From NCBI GenBank assembly GCA_032718475.1, contig JAUCBJ010002497.1, forward strand, positions 62,001-126,000: a stretch of 64,000 nt of DNA. The letters are read 5' to 3'. Positions 51,058 to 62,261 of the stretch are shown piece after piece. This DNA is from Nemertoderma westbladi (taxonomy: Eukaryota > Animalia > Xenacoelomorpha). A program made the position numbers and the translations under genes. Numbering within the stretch: the stretch's first letter is position 1; every line of letters begins with the position of its first letter. Under the pieces are notes generated by a model, which saw nothing but the letters and a program-made list of their open reading frames with translations, did no database searches and was not told the origin of the DNA.

Positions 51058-52274
51058 TGTAAAAGCCTTTGCTGAATTGCCCCGTTTTTTATATTATCTT
51101 TTACATTAAAATACTCTGTAGTTGATTTAATAAGTGTAAGAGACCGTATTATTGCTGTATCGGTGTTTTTAGAGGATCTAAGACCTATTTCCTCCGTATG
51201 TGTACTGTGAAAGGCATATTTTATGATTCTATGGCAATTCGTGACGCAAAGGGGTGATAGCTACTCTTGAACAGTAGTTACTATGACTACGGTTAACAGC
51301 TGACATTCATACGTGTTGATTTCCTTTGTTCTACGGCGTCTCTCAGTTCAGTCAGCCAATGAGAGCGTTTTTGTGGCTCCTTGTACAGAAAATTTCCGAG
51401 AAATGACGCAATGCCTATGTGCAGTGTTTACATTCAGTCTTGAGCCAAAGAAAGAACGGCTTGGAAGTATTTTGTGCTGTACTGCTTTTTAGTCGTACAC
51501 TAGTAGGTTTAATTATAAAGGGCATATATCCTTTAACAAACTGACTACTTGAATATCTCATGCCTATATCTCATTGCTGACATACCGGTACTGACTTGTT
51601 GTTTTATACTGCTATTTGCTGTCAGTTCTTCATAATATGGTTGATGAATAATTATATTTGGAATAACGATAAATAACCCCGCAACCCAATATTCTTGATA
51701 TACCTAAGGTAAGAGAGAAAGAAAGGTTACCAATAACGATTGTGACTTATGTTAAAGTGGTTTGAAGTGAATCTAATGTTATTTGATAGACCCTACATGA
51801 GTCAGCCTGTGTTCCTTTTATATGTGACTAAAATCATTGAAGATTGGCAGATTAGTGTGCAGTATTGTGCAGCATAGTGTATGCGTGAGTCTGTTAAAGA
51901 AGCAATTCCTAAAGAATGCGCCATATATGTGAATTAATTAAGCCATATCGTTGTGAGTAGTTTAAGTCATAACTCTGTTTATGTAGATAAAGCGCCACGT
52001 CCTAAAGGAACTGTTAATATTACCGAAGGTGAATAATATTGTCAGAGATTATATAGTACTGTCAGTCGAATAATACATTAGGCTTACATAGCAATAAAAA
52101 TTAAACCGTCGAACCCAATCTCCCGGGAATATCCAGCGGGTGAATGGTCGCGCACGGATTGGTTTCGACTAGTGTAGTGAATCAAATACTTGTCATAGAC
52201 TAAAAAGCGATTTATTATCTAGAAGACATTCTAATTTGGCGGGTTAAACTGCCAAAGGTCTGAAAGCGCGAACA
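51058..52274 (+). repeat. E3 3' LTR (1217 bp)
   Basis: Direct repeat of 38157-39369, followed by TSD GGGCG. Confidence 0.96.
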
Positions 52275-52279
52275 GGGCG

Positions 52280-55230
52280 GAAGACTCGCGAGCCTACCTT
52301 ACCATTGGACGTCACACGATCAAACTTCAGCTAAGGAGATGACACCGGAAGTTTTCGAGAGTATAAACTTTGCTCAAAACGTTATTCAGAGACTACAGAT
52401 TGCATCCCTGGAAAGGACAAGAGAAATGCAACCGTATAGTACTTCAACTACGAAACCATTGAGTACGACACTCAATTTCCCTATTAGTATACCAGTTCGA
52501 CAAGATACAACGTATGAAATACCTATTGTGGATCATCCGGAAATCATTTCGAACTTAGAGTTTCTTCCTGCAGTTGTTCTAAGCGATATGGTTAAGATAT
52601 ATGATTTACGTAGACATATTACGCAAAAGGTCGTGCATAATGTTCCGCCTCATATTCAAGACTTTAGGGAACTGGATAGAGCTGGCGCTGATATAGCTCC
52701 GAGTAACCTGAAAGGATATTTAACCAAAACAATTCGCTTATGGATTGGAACAGGAACCTTTGAGTCGGATACAGATATCGCTGCGGACTGGCAAGGTAAA
52801 GTCATTCGTTTCGAGGACGAGAAAGACATAGAGAAGATTTGGCAACCTTCGGAAGAATTATTGGACGAATGGAATAGGACGTTTAGATCGTTTCAGGAAA
52901 ACGGTTACATGTTTTATGATAACGAGGGCGGCAGCCATCAGCAGAGTCTAACCTCCAAGACTATACAAATTAGAGCGGCAGACGGAGTTTTGCACATTTT
53001 CAGTAGACAAAGGAGCGACAAGCGAATGCCAATACCTCCAGGAACTACAAAGCGGCACCATTTCATCACAAATATAGTAAAGAAAATGGACCAGGCTTGC
53101 AATATCGATGCTAAAATGTTACCAAAGACGGTGAGAAATATGATTTTAGATAAAACTGTTGTAAAGATTGGATCAGGAGTAAGAGAGGACTTAATTAGCG
53201 ACTTCGCCGGCATTTCGGACAGTGACGACCGATTACCGACACCTTACGTCGACACTCGACCTCTTATACTGTGGTCTATAGAACAAGGATACTTTCGTGA
53301 GTATGATACTCAGAAAACCGGAACTGGATATATTTCCTACTTGATGTTTAATTGGGATTACAAGGAAAGTAAAAGAACAAAGTATATCGAAACGTATGGA
53401 GAAGGTGATACTCCAGATATAAATGAGTTTGAATCACAGCTCAAATGGAGAGGATGCGTATATTGGGCTATTACTTCACCTCCAAGAGCCATACTACAAT
53501 ATTATTTAGCGATAGAGTCATCAGTGAATGTTTGCTTAGTCGCCGACATTGTGTCTCGGACTCTTAAAAGACATCCACTTTGCCTCGGAGAAGATCATAC
53601 ATTCCACGCGGAAGGGAGAATTCATACCGATGTGTTTAGATGGTTTCTCGAACCCTTCTACAATTCCGACGCTCAGTGTAATGCCTTCACTCGAGCAGGA
53701 TTCAGTATATTTCGAGACGTGTATCTTCGCTGTGCGGGATCTCTTATCGAAAGACCATCTATGTTTACATTGTTACCCTATGAAGGAGAACGTATCATGG
53801 AGCTTACTGACGAATCACGGCAGACGCGTGCGCCTATCGGTCACTTAGGTGATGATTTCGAAGTAACGACGGCCATCGATGATCCTTTAGAGGAACTTCT
53901 TGAGATTGAAAGGAACCTCCCGAAGAAATCTCAGGCGGAGATTCGACAACTAGAAGCAACAGATGCTGTAGTTTGCATACAACCTTCTGAAACATACCAA
54001 CCTATCGACCCAGACGATTATGACTATAGTGTGGGAGGAAGCGCTCGACCCATTGGCGATCTTATATATGAGCGAGTGTGGTACCCTGCTAATACGATGT
54101 GTGGTAAATGTGGCGTCGCTGGACATCATTCAACAAAGTGCAGTGGAAAGCACATTACTACGACTCAACTGATTTGTGGGTGGTGTGGAGATCAAGGGTC
54201 CCATACATTTTATACTTGCTGGAGATTTATGGCTCAATGCACATATTGCAATATAAAGGGACATCGAGCATCTGAATGCCAACTGAGAGACATACCTTAC
54301 GAACACGAATCTGTAAAACTCGTGCGAAAACTATTTGATGAGTGGGAAGATTTGGCTGACGAACATGTAGCAGCGCAAAGAAGACGGTTCCCGATGAGAG
54401 CGCATCTTGGATTTTGGGTGGTAAATCCTCAAACTATGATGTCGGAAGGATATATCTCCGCTATGCCGCAATATGACGAACTCATCGAGGTAGTTGATAT
54501 TTTGCCTCACGATAGTGGATTCCGAGTTGTGCGCGAATATTTGTTACAGATACACCCTGACAATAAGAATACATGGAATTTCCAGAAAGTCGTTAATCGT
54601 ATCACCTATGGTGAATTTGATCGGTTCCGAACGGAAAAGCGGAACAAGGGAGCTTGGTTAACCGTTGCATGGGCGTACCGAGCCGCGTTCTACCATAAAC
54701 GTATACGAGCGAGCGTATTCGAGGAAGAGGAGGTCCTAGAGGCGAACAACATACCAGCTACTCCGGTCGCGCCATCTGCACGTCACCCTCGGGAGGACGG
54801 ACAGCACAAGATCATACGGGTCCAGAAAGTGGGCCAACAGTTAAAGAAAACTATCAACGTTGAAGAACGAAGGGGATACGAACCGACTATTCGAATTACT
54901 CGGGATACGGTTTCGCTTCCCAGAGAACCGCAAGGAGGATCGGGACATATACCAGCTGATCAAAAGGGGGCGCAAGCTTCTCTTGGGTCTGCGTCGTCCG
55001 CTTCTCGCGCGTTCCCAGACGTTTTACCAGCGGTAGATACAACAGATCGGTCACGAGGGATTGGACGAGGATTTGGGATAACTAAGAGACGAATATGTGA
55101 GGAAATGGTCGTACCATCTCCCAACGTCCAAAGTAATCCAGTGGCTCGCCCCACAAGTCCCATATCACGAGCTAAATCGCCGATACGCAGTTTTCGAGGA
55201 CGCGGCAGGGCTCGATCCGCTAAGCGTTAA
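52280..55230 (+). CDS. E2 accessory ORF2, C-terminal part: DEDDy (WRN/Mut-7/EXD-like) 3'-5' exonuclease domain, three CCHC knuckles and an Arg/Gly-rich tail
   Basis: ExoI MFYDNE, then TIQIRAADGVLHIF. ExoII LPKTVRNMILDKTVVKIGSGVRED, then YVDT. ExoIII-like W....PPRAILQYYLAIES. Knuckles CGKCGVAGHHSTKC, CGWCGDQGSHTFYTC and CTYCNIKGHRASEC. Ends FRGRGRARSAKR. Confidence 0.72.
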
Positions 55231-55369
55231 AGCGGGAAGGAAGGAGTGGACGGAAGACTCGTGAGCCTTTCTTATGAATTGTTTGTTTTATGTATTGTTT
55301 TATGCATTGTTTAGGTAAATCAAATTGTTTATGTAAATTGAATTATTTATGTAATTTGTATTGTTTAAA

Positions 55370-55675
55370 ATTTATATTGCTCTAAATTTATACAATTTAT
55401 ATTGTTCTAAATTTATGCAATTTATATTATTCTAAATTTATGCAATTTACATTGTTCTAAATTTATGTATTTGTATTGTTCCGAACTTATGAAACTTAGA
55501 AAGTTTATATTTAGAAGGAACTTATATTTGAAAGATTTATATTTCATATTTGAGATGCAAAGAGTTTATATTATTCTAAGCTTATGCAGTATTATTCTAA
55601 GCTTATGCAGTATTATTCTAAGCTTATGCAGTATTATTCTAAGCTTATGCAGTATTATTCTAAACTTATGCAATT
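55370..55675. repeat. Short 21-bp tandem repeats in the E2 3' UTR
   Basis: attgttctaaatttatgcaattt and ttattctaagcttatgcagta units. Confidence 0.85.
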
Positions 55676-56160
55676 TAGTAAAGATTTATATTTAGAAAGT
55701 GCTATATTTGTAGTCATTCCAAACTTACGCAATTTATTGTTTCGAATATTATGCAATTTATATTTTGTAAAGAAGCAGTATTTGTATTTACAGTAAATAG
55801 AAGGCAAGAGCAGACGGAAGACTTGTGAGCCTTTCTTGTGATTTATTTTGAACTTATGCAATTTGTTTTATATTTAAGTAGTATTAGTATTTGTGATTGT
55901 TTGAATTCATGCAATATTTGAGATGCAATAGATTTATTTTAGTGAATTTAATTTAGATTTATATTGTGCTTACTTAATAAAGCCTTAAATACGTAAAGTT
56001 TGAATTTGTAATTATTTGTATCGAATTATTATGTAAAGGTATTATTGTTGAGATCTAATTTGTAAATATGTAAGTACGTCCCAAGTATTCTATAGTTTGC
56101 TTTAGTATTGGTGAAAACCGTATATTTTATGCACAATAATATCCTGTTTTCATGGAGCGG

Positions 56161-57997
56161 TATAGAATTATATTCTCTAAATGGCGTGGATTTTCAAAAT
56201 TTTATTTTATTCGAATTAACTTTGTTATAAAGATTACATTAAGTCCTCATTTGTATTTACTATATCTATTTGTACGATGATTATTCAAGTGGTTCAGTAG
56301 CTCAGTCGGTAAAGCGTTGGAAATTATATGTAGTAGGTATTGAGTTCGAATCCTTGTAGGTGCGAATTATTTTTTGTGCAGAATTTCAACTCATTTAAAT
56401 TGACCACTACAAATTAAATTGCATTTGCCTGTACCTAGATTAACCAATGGGACTGTAGTTATTAGATAGTAACCAATGTCGTGCAAGTTGTATATTCGCT
56501 GGACCAATAGTTATCTTTAAAAACCTATTAGAACTCATAGAACAATCGAGAATTTTCTCGATTGATTGCAGCACAAATTTGCTATATAAGGTGCGATTTC
56601 GTTCATTAGTTATTCTAATTAGTTTATAATCTTTTGTAATAAAAGTTAGAAATACTTGTTACATCTGCCCTTTTCTATCATGTTTTACTACGGTGAACTT
56701 AACTGAGGGACAAGATGGCAGGCTAAACATCGGGCCACAGCAGTGAACGGGAACATCTGAGGAATGTAGACAGGAGACAACCCGCAATATCATTCTTGAG
56801 TTATTCGCCCATCGCCTGAAAGGTTAGACAGCGTTCAATGCCTTGCTACCTAAGTATAAGACCAAAGATCGAAGGTAGAGGTAGTGACACGCTGTGCGCT
56901 AAAAATTACATCTAGGGACCGTACTGTCTTAATTCAGAGAAAACCCGCGGTAGACCTTCATATTCCTACGGGGGAGAGGAGAGCAGGCAGAGATACTAGT
57001 ACACAGATAGGACGTAGGCACACCGGTACAAGGCATACACATTGGTAGGGTGCAGCAAACTGTACGCCTAACTCTTGCCAAGTACAGGTGCATCTGTGAC
57101 TATTTGTAGTACAACGGTGTCCATTGCATTAGAACTTGTAGGCCAGAAGGGTTACTGTGTTTTACATGAATTAGGATTGTACCGTTCAGGCGGTAGGGCA
57201 GTTTACAACTAGGCGCAAAATAAATTGAGGCTATTTAGGGATACTAACATCTACCGTGTCCCCGCCAACATTCTGTTAGGAAGTTGCCGTACCCATCTAG
57301 GCAACCAAAATTCTAGATAGGAACACCAGGCTAGCTATTAGTAACTGTACGTCTACTGTAGTAAACTAACACATTTCTTCTTAGTATTAGGGACCTGGTA
57401 AATTAAATTGCCGAATTCTGGGCGTAGTATTAACCTTATGCCTGAATTTGAGTCCTGGAAATACAAAAAAGGGAAGGAGCCTTATCATTCGTGAGTATTG
57501 GACCTACAAGTTACAAAATTAGAATATTCGTAAAATGTACACCGGACCCAGTAATTATATATATGAAGGAGCAAAACTGACTTTGACTGTTTAGAATTAA
57601 CACGCGCGTGTTAGAAATTATTTACACCTCAAAATACATAAAATTAACTTTTGTCCGTACTGCGCTTTGCCCGCTAGTTAGACATCTCTAGATCTCTGCA
57701 CCTAGCTAGCGTCTTTTTCGCCCAACCATATAAATCACACAGCGGCAAAGTATACGAGCGCCGTTAGTCCGTCAGTGAGTCAGCCTGATTTTAGGATTCG
57801 CTGCGCGGGATTTTGTTTTATCGAAGTTTGTCCGTTCGTAGACTGTTTTCTGCCTCACCGGTTATAAGAGACCGATACTGCAATATATATTCGCTTACTT
57901 GGAGTTTACTGTTTTGGTGAGAAGGTCGGATTATGATTTGATTCACAAACTTTACAGTAGGATATTGCAGGGTATTTTGTTACTGTCTCTTCGCATA
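56161..57997 (+). repeat. E2 3' LTR (1837 bp)
   Basis: Direct repeat of 25129-26965, followed by TSD TTTAT. Confidence 0.95.
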
Positions 57998-58002
57998 TTT
58001 AT

Positions 58003-60140
58003 AATTACCCTTAATAGGGTTTACTATAGGAGTTTCCACTTCACTAGCAGTATAGATGCGTGTAGGCTCCACACCTTGCGCATGAAATACTTCAGACCTA
58101 ACAGGTTGACACATTGTTATAGGGGTTGGTGGTATACCCCTTTGGGTATTTACTAATTTGTCGCGTTCCAACGCGATACTCTGCTGCACCTCTTGCAACT
58201 CTAACCTACTTTCCCTTACTGTGCCCTTGAACTGCTGAACAGTTCCTTCCATCTCCCGGACCTGCTGAGAGGAGCACTTACGGTGTTCCCTCAGCTGCTC
58301 GAGCAAGAGACCCATCTCCCGTTGTCCCTCAGCTACCCACTCGACCGCCGAAGCGGGAGTCGCCAACGTAGTAGCGGGCGAGCGAGAGACGAAGGGCGAT
58401 AAATTCTTGATATCTTGCTCGCCGTCCAGGATGGGTTCGGACTCGGGAACAGTCCTACTGGGCACAGGTAGTTTCGTGCTGTGCAAAGGGAATTTAGAGG
58501 TAGGTTCTGGGAGTACAGGTGTCTCTATCACCGAAGGGGTGGCTTCGAGAACAGGCCCAATTATTTCAGGTTCATCTACTATAGTAGGGAGTCTTTCTAC
58601 TTTAATAATTTAATTACTCTGTCTTTTGGGAGTAGATCGACACATCATCTGCATTTGACTAGCTGTTAACTGTTTATTTATGCAGTCTTGATTCTCTTGA
58701 ATATTTTCCAACTCTAGTTGGGTGGTTTCTTCAGACGCTCTCCGTTCTGCTTCTGCCACTGCCTCTGCCGCTGCCACTGCCGCTTTTCTTTCCGCTTCGG
58801 ATGCTGCCACTGCTGCCTTTCTTTCCGCTTCTGCCGCTGCCACTGCCGCTTTTCTTTCCGCTTCTGCCGCTGCCACTGCCGCTGCTGCTTTTCTTTCCGC
58901 TTCGGCCGCTGCCACTGCCGCTTTTCTTTCCGCTTCTGCCGCTGCCACTGCCGCTGCTGCTGCTGCTGTCTTTCTGTCTTCTATACGTTTTTTCTTTACC
59001 TGTTCTTCTTGGACCCTAGTGATGCGGAGTCTTTCATCAAATTTAGCTTGGTTCGCAGCTAACATTTCCACATCTATTGCGTCCAACACAAGATTGGCTC
59101 CTTCACTATTAGGGCGAAGTCCAGACAGCCGTCTCCTCAACTCTTCGTCACCTAGAAATCGTTGATAGTCTGACAGATAGATGTCAATAGCATCCCTCTT
59201 ATGCGGTTTCTCAGCTGTCGCTTCACTTTCCACTTGGGAAAAGGTAGCGTCTGTTGATTCTCCATGGGTTGAGCGCTCAGCCAGCTGAGATTTCCACTGG
59301 GCCGTTCCTTGAACCTTGTGACTCACCCGCTGGAACCAAGTCTTTACAGCAACTTGCAACGACGTGTCTTGTCTTCTTTTCGAAGCTTCCTCAAAGGCCG
59401 ATAGGATTAGTCTGATACTTAGAATTCTTTCTCTAACTTGATAAAGCAGCTCTCCCTGCTCTTGAGGTCCTTGGGGTTGTCGAAACAGTTGTTCCTCTAA
59501 TCGCTCCAAAGAGCTGAAGAATCCCTGTACGTATCCTGCTGCCGACCTCTTCCATACAGCTGGATCACTGGTGTCTTTTGTCACTCCCATCCTGTGTATG
59601 TCTTCCCAGGCAGCTTCTGATAAGTCAAACGGGAGTCCGGGTCCGGGGAAGTTCCATTGCGACTCGACAATAGACTTCAGTTCTTCCCTTGTGTATCCCG
59701 CATAACTATCCTTGGTCGATCGCTTACTTCTCAATCTGGTGTTCCTCCACCGCAATCAATACCCTAGTGAGTACGGCTGCAGGAAGGATGAGAAGGGGAT
59801 CCGAATAAACCACATCTGCCATCTTTGCTCCACGCTCGGGTGTCAGCTCTACAGTATCCGCACTACTGGAACTGTCGGGCTGCTGAGAAATAAGTTCTCG
59901 GCTCGAGTGTTGCTGCTGTTCAACAGCTGCTTCTTGGTCCTGCTTGACCTGAGCTCAAGTGCCTATGATAGACCTACGGTGTTGGACTAGCCTAGGGTCT
60001 GATACTACTACTGGAGGGATGATCTTTCTTACAGTAGGAGGTGAGTTGAACTTCGGTCTCACACGTTCCACACTCCTGTCTGGGTCACAGATGGTTGTAT
60101 CTAGGAGACTGTCTGACAGGTTTTGCTTTGTGTCAGACAT
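58003..60140 (-). pseudogene. E1 gag 5' part (frameshifted)
   Basis: Starts MSDTKQNLSDSLLDTT like E3 gag; ESEATAEKPHKRDAIDIYL and AAAEAERKA repeats; continues at 25123 once E2 is removed. Confidence 0.88.
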
Positions 60141-60274
60141 GTTTGTTTGTACAGTTGAATGCCTACTGCTATATTACAGTTAAAGCAAGTCTAGTAATTC
60201 AGTATCACTGTTAGCCTAGTAATTAATTACCGATATCGTTACTCTATGTAATGTGATATATATACAATATATTA

Positions 60275-60725
60275 GAGTACCGGTATATACTTATAGTATA
60301 TATAAGTATTATTACAGACTAGGTTTGTCACAGAATACCGGTATATAATTTCAGCGCAAATATATAAATATATAATAAGCCTATCGTGAATACCGGTATA
60401 CAGCTTACACTTATAGTATATATAAGTATAATTACAGACTATAATTAATTACAGAATACCGGTATATAATTTCAGCGCAAATATATAAATATATAATAAG
60501 CCTATCGTGAATACCGGTATACAGCTTACACTTATAGTATATATAAGTATAATTACAGACTAGAATTAATTACAGAATACCGGTATATAATTTCAGCGCA
60601 AATATATAAATATATAATAAGCCTATCGTGAATACCGGTATACAGCTTACACTTATAGTATATATAAGTATAATTACAGACTAGAATTAATTACAGAATA
60701 CCGGTATATAATTTCAGCTCAAATT
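60275..60725. repeat. 120-bp tandem repeat (~3.7 copies) in the E1 5' leader
   Basis: cagaataccggtatataatttcagcgcaaatatataaatatataataagcctatcgtgaataccggtatacagcttacac recurs with period ~120. Confidence 0.9.
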
Positions 60726-62249
60726 TATAGAAATAAATATAATAAGCCTATTGTAAATACCGGTATGTCAATTATTTTAGAATAATTGAATTTCTGAATT
60801 TTAGGGGTTACTTGGTTACTTTACTTTACCTTATTACCGTTATTTAAGCAGTAGTCCAACTGATATTAAGACCTAATTGTTGTATGACAGGCCTACTATT
60901 TTATAAATCGGTTTTTAAATGGGTTTTTGTCAATATTTGAAATAAATGTTATTATTTCTGGGAAGGAGTCACTGCACAGAAGCTGTACGCTCTCAGTGAA
61001 GTGCTACTTGTTGGACACTAAAACAAATAATTATAATTTGCCTAAATTACTTAATACTACAAATTACGTACAATTCGGGGTGAGATTACAATCTCTAAAT
61101 AAACACAAAAATTACACATACGAATTTTTAGGGTAATTTTACAAAAAGTCTACAAACCAGCCTAACAAAGGGTTAGAATATCTGGTTATTACAAACAGAC
61201 AGGATACTACGGTATTTGAAAATAACAAAGCAGTAATAAATATACTGCGTTGTCCAGATAGGAAAAATACCACCGTCTGACGACTTATAGCCGTATCGCT
61301 ATAAGTACTACGTTATGTATCACGGAGTGTTCCTACCTAGAACTTAATTACCGCGGCCTACCAGAGCCAACGTGCCTATTAACCACTTTACAACACAAAT
61401 ATACTGCCTACACACTAATTACCTTCGGAAAGTACTGTACACTAAACCCTAAATTAGGTACAAGTACTTATACAACAAATAATCAGCAGTTAAAAATACT
61501 TGTACAGCTAAAAGAACCACGGTATCTGCTGGAGTGACCAAAGCATAAAATCTCCAGTCTTTACCTACGCCGAACAGCCCTGATGTAGTACCGGGGTTAA
61601 TTTAACTATAACGGTATGTATAACAAGCACAATTACTGTAGGAATAAACTTGGGGTTTGTGAATGTTGCGAATAATCGCATAAACTCTGAATAATAAATA
61701 TTACGCTACCCGTACAGACTACACAAACAAAATACAAACCAAATGCTGGCAGACTACTATCAAGCCTAAATAAACTACAGTATATGCAGACTCCGAAATG
61801 GTTAGTTAGTATGCGTTCTAACCGAGTAGTACGACTTATTCTTTCAGGGGGATTTACCTTACAGCACTGGATGCCACCCACTTTCCTAACTAGTACTTTA
61901 TCGGACATACACTCTACACACACTGCAATCTCTTCAGACTTAACAACAGTCAGACAACAGTCTAGCCTACAAATTATCTGTACAATCTGAGCAGGCTTAC
62001 ACGCCTTCTGCTCAATATCAACTTACAAATAAATAAAACTGACAGAAATAAGTAAAATCCCAATAAAAACCAGGGCTGCAGTCCCTGATTAAATATCAAG
62101 ACCTACCGGTATACAATTATCAAAAATCGAATAATACTGCTGTACCTGTACTGCTGTAAGTACCGGTCCGAGTGGTTAGGTAGTCAGGCCTACTGGTTAC
62201 CGGTCGACCGGTACTTTTGCCCTTTATTGCCTACGTGCAATAAAGAAGC

Positions 62250-62261
62250 TATAACTGTTAT
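62250..62261 (-). promoter_or_regulatory. E1 primer-binding-site position, complementary to its own LTR
   Basis: Element strand ataacagttata; its complement lies at 62986-62997 and 20591-20602. Confidence 0.8.

Larger units (their letters stand above)
38157..52274 (+). mobile_element. E3: non-autonomous BEL/Pao LTR retrotransposon (gag + protease; RT and integrase deleted), very recent insertion
   Basis: LTRs 38157-39369 and 51058-52274 (TGT...ACA) differ by one 4-bp indel and about one substitution by eye. TSD GGGCG; PPT-like ctgggagcgg. Confidence 0.95.
25129..57997 (+). mobile_element. E2: full-length BEL/Pao LTR retrotransposon (gag-PR-RT-RH-IN plus accessory ORF2), now inactivated; hosts E3
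   Basis: 1837-bp LTRs at 25129-26965 and 56161-57997, TSD TTTAT. Removing E2 restores caggtttataattaccc, colinear with the E3 gag. PPT-like catggagcgg before the 3' LTR. Confidence 0.95.

Noticed and set aside
52339-55230. Independent host gene or envelope gene
   Set aside because: It lies between the E2 LTRs, is in frame with 37385-38156 across the TSD, and has no evident signal peptide or transmembrane helix.
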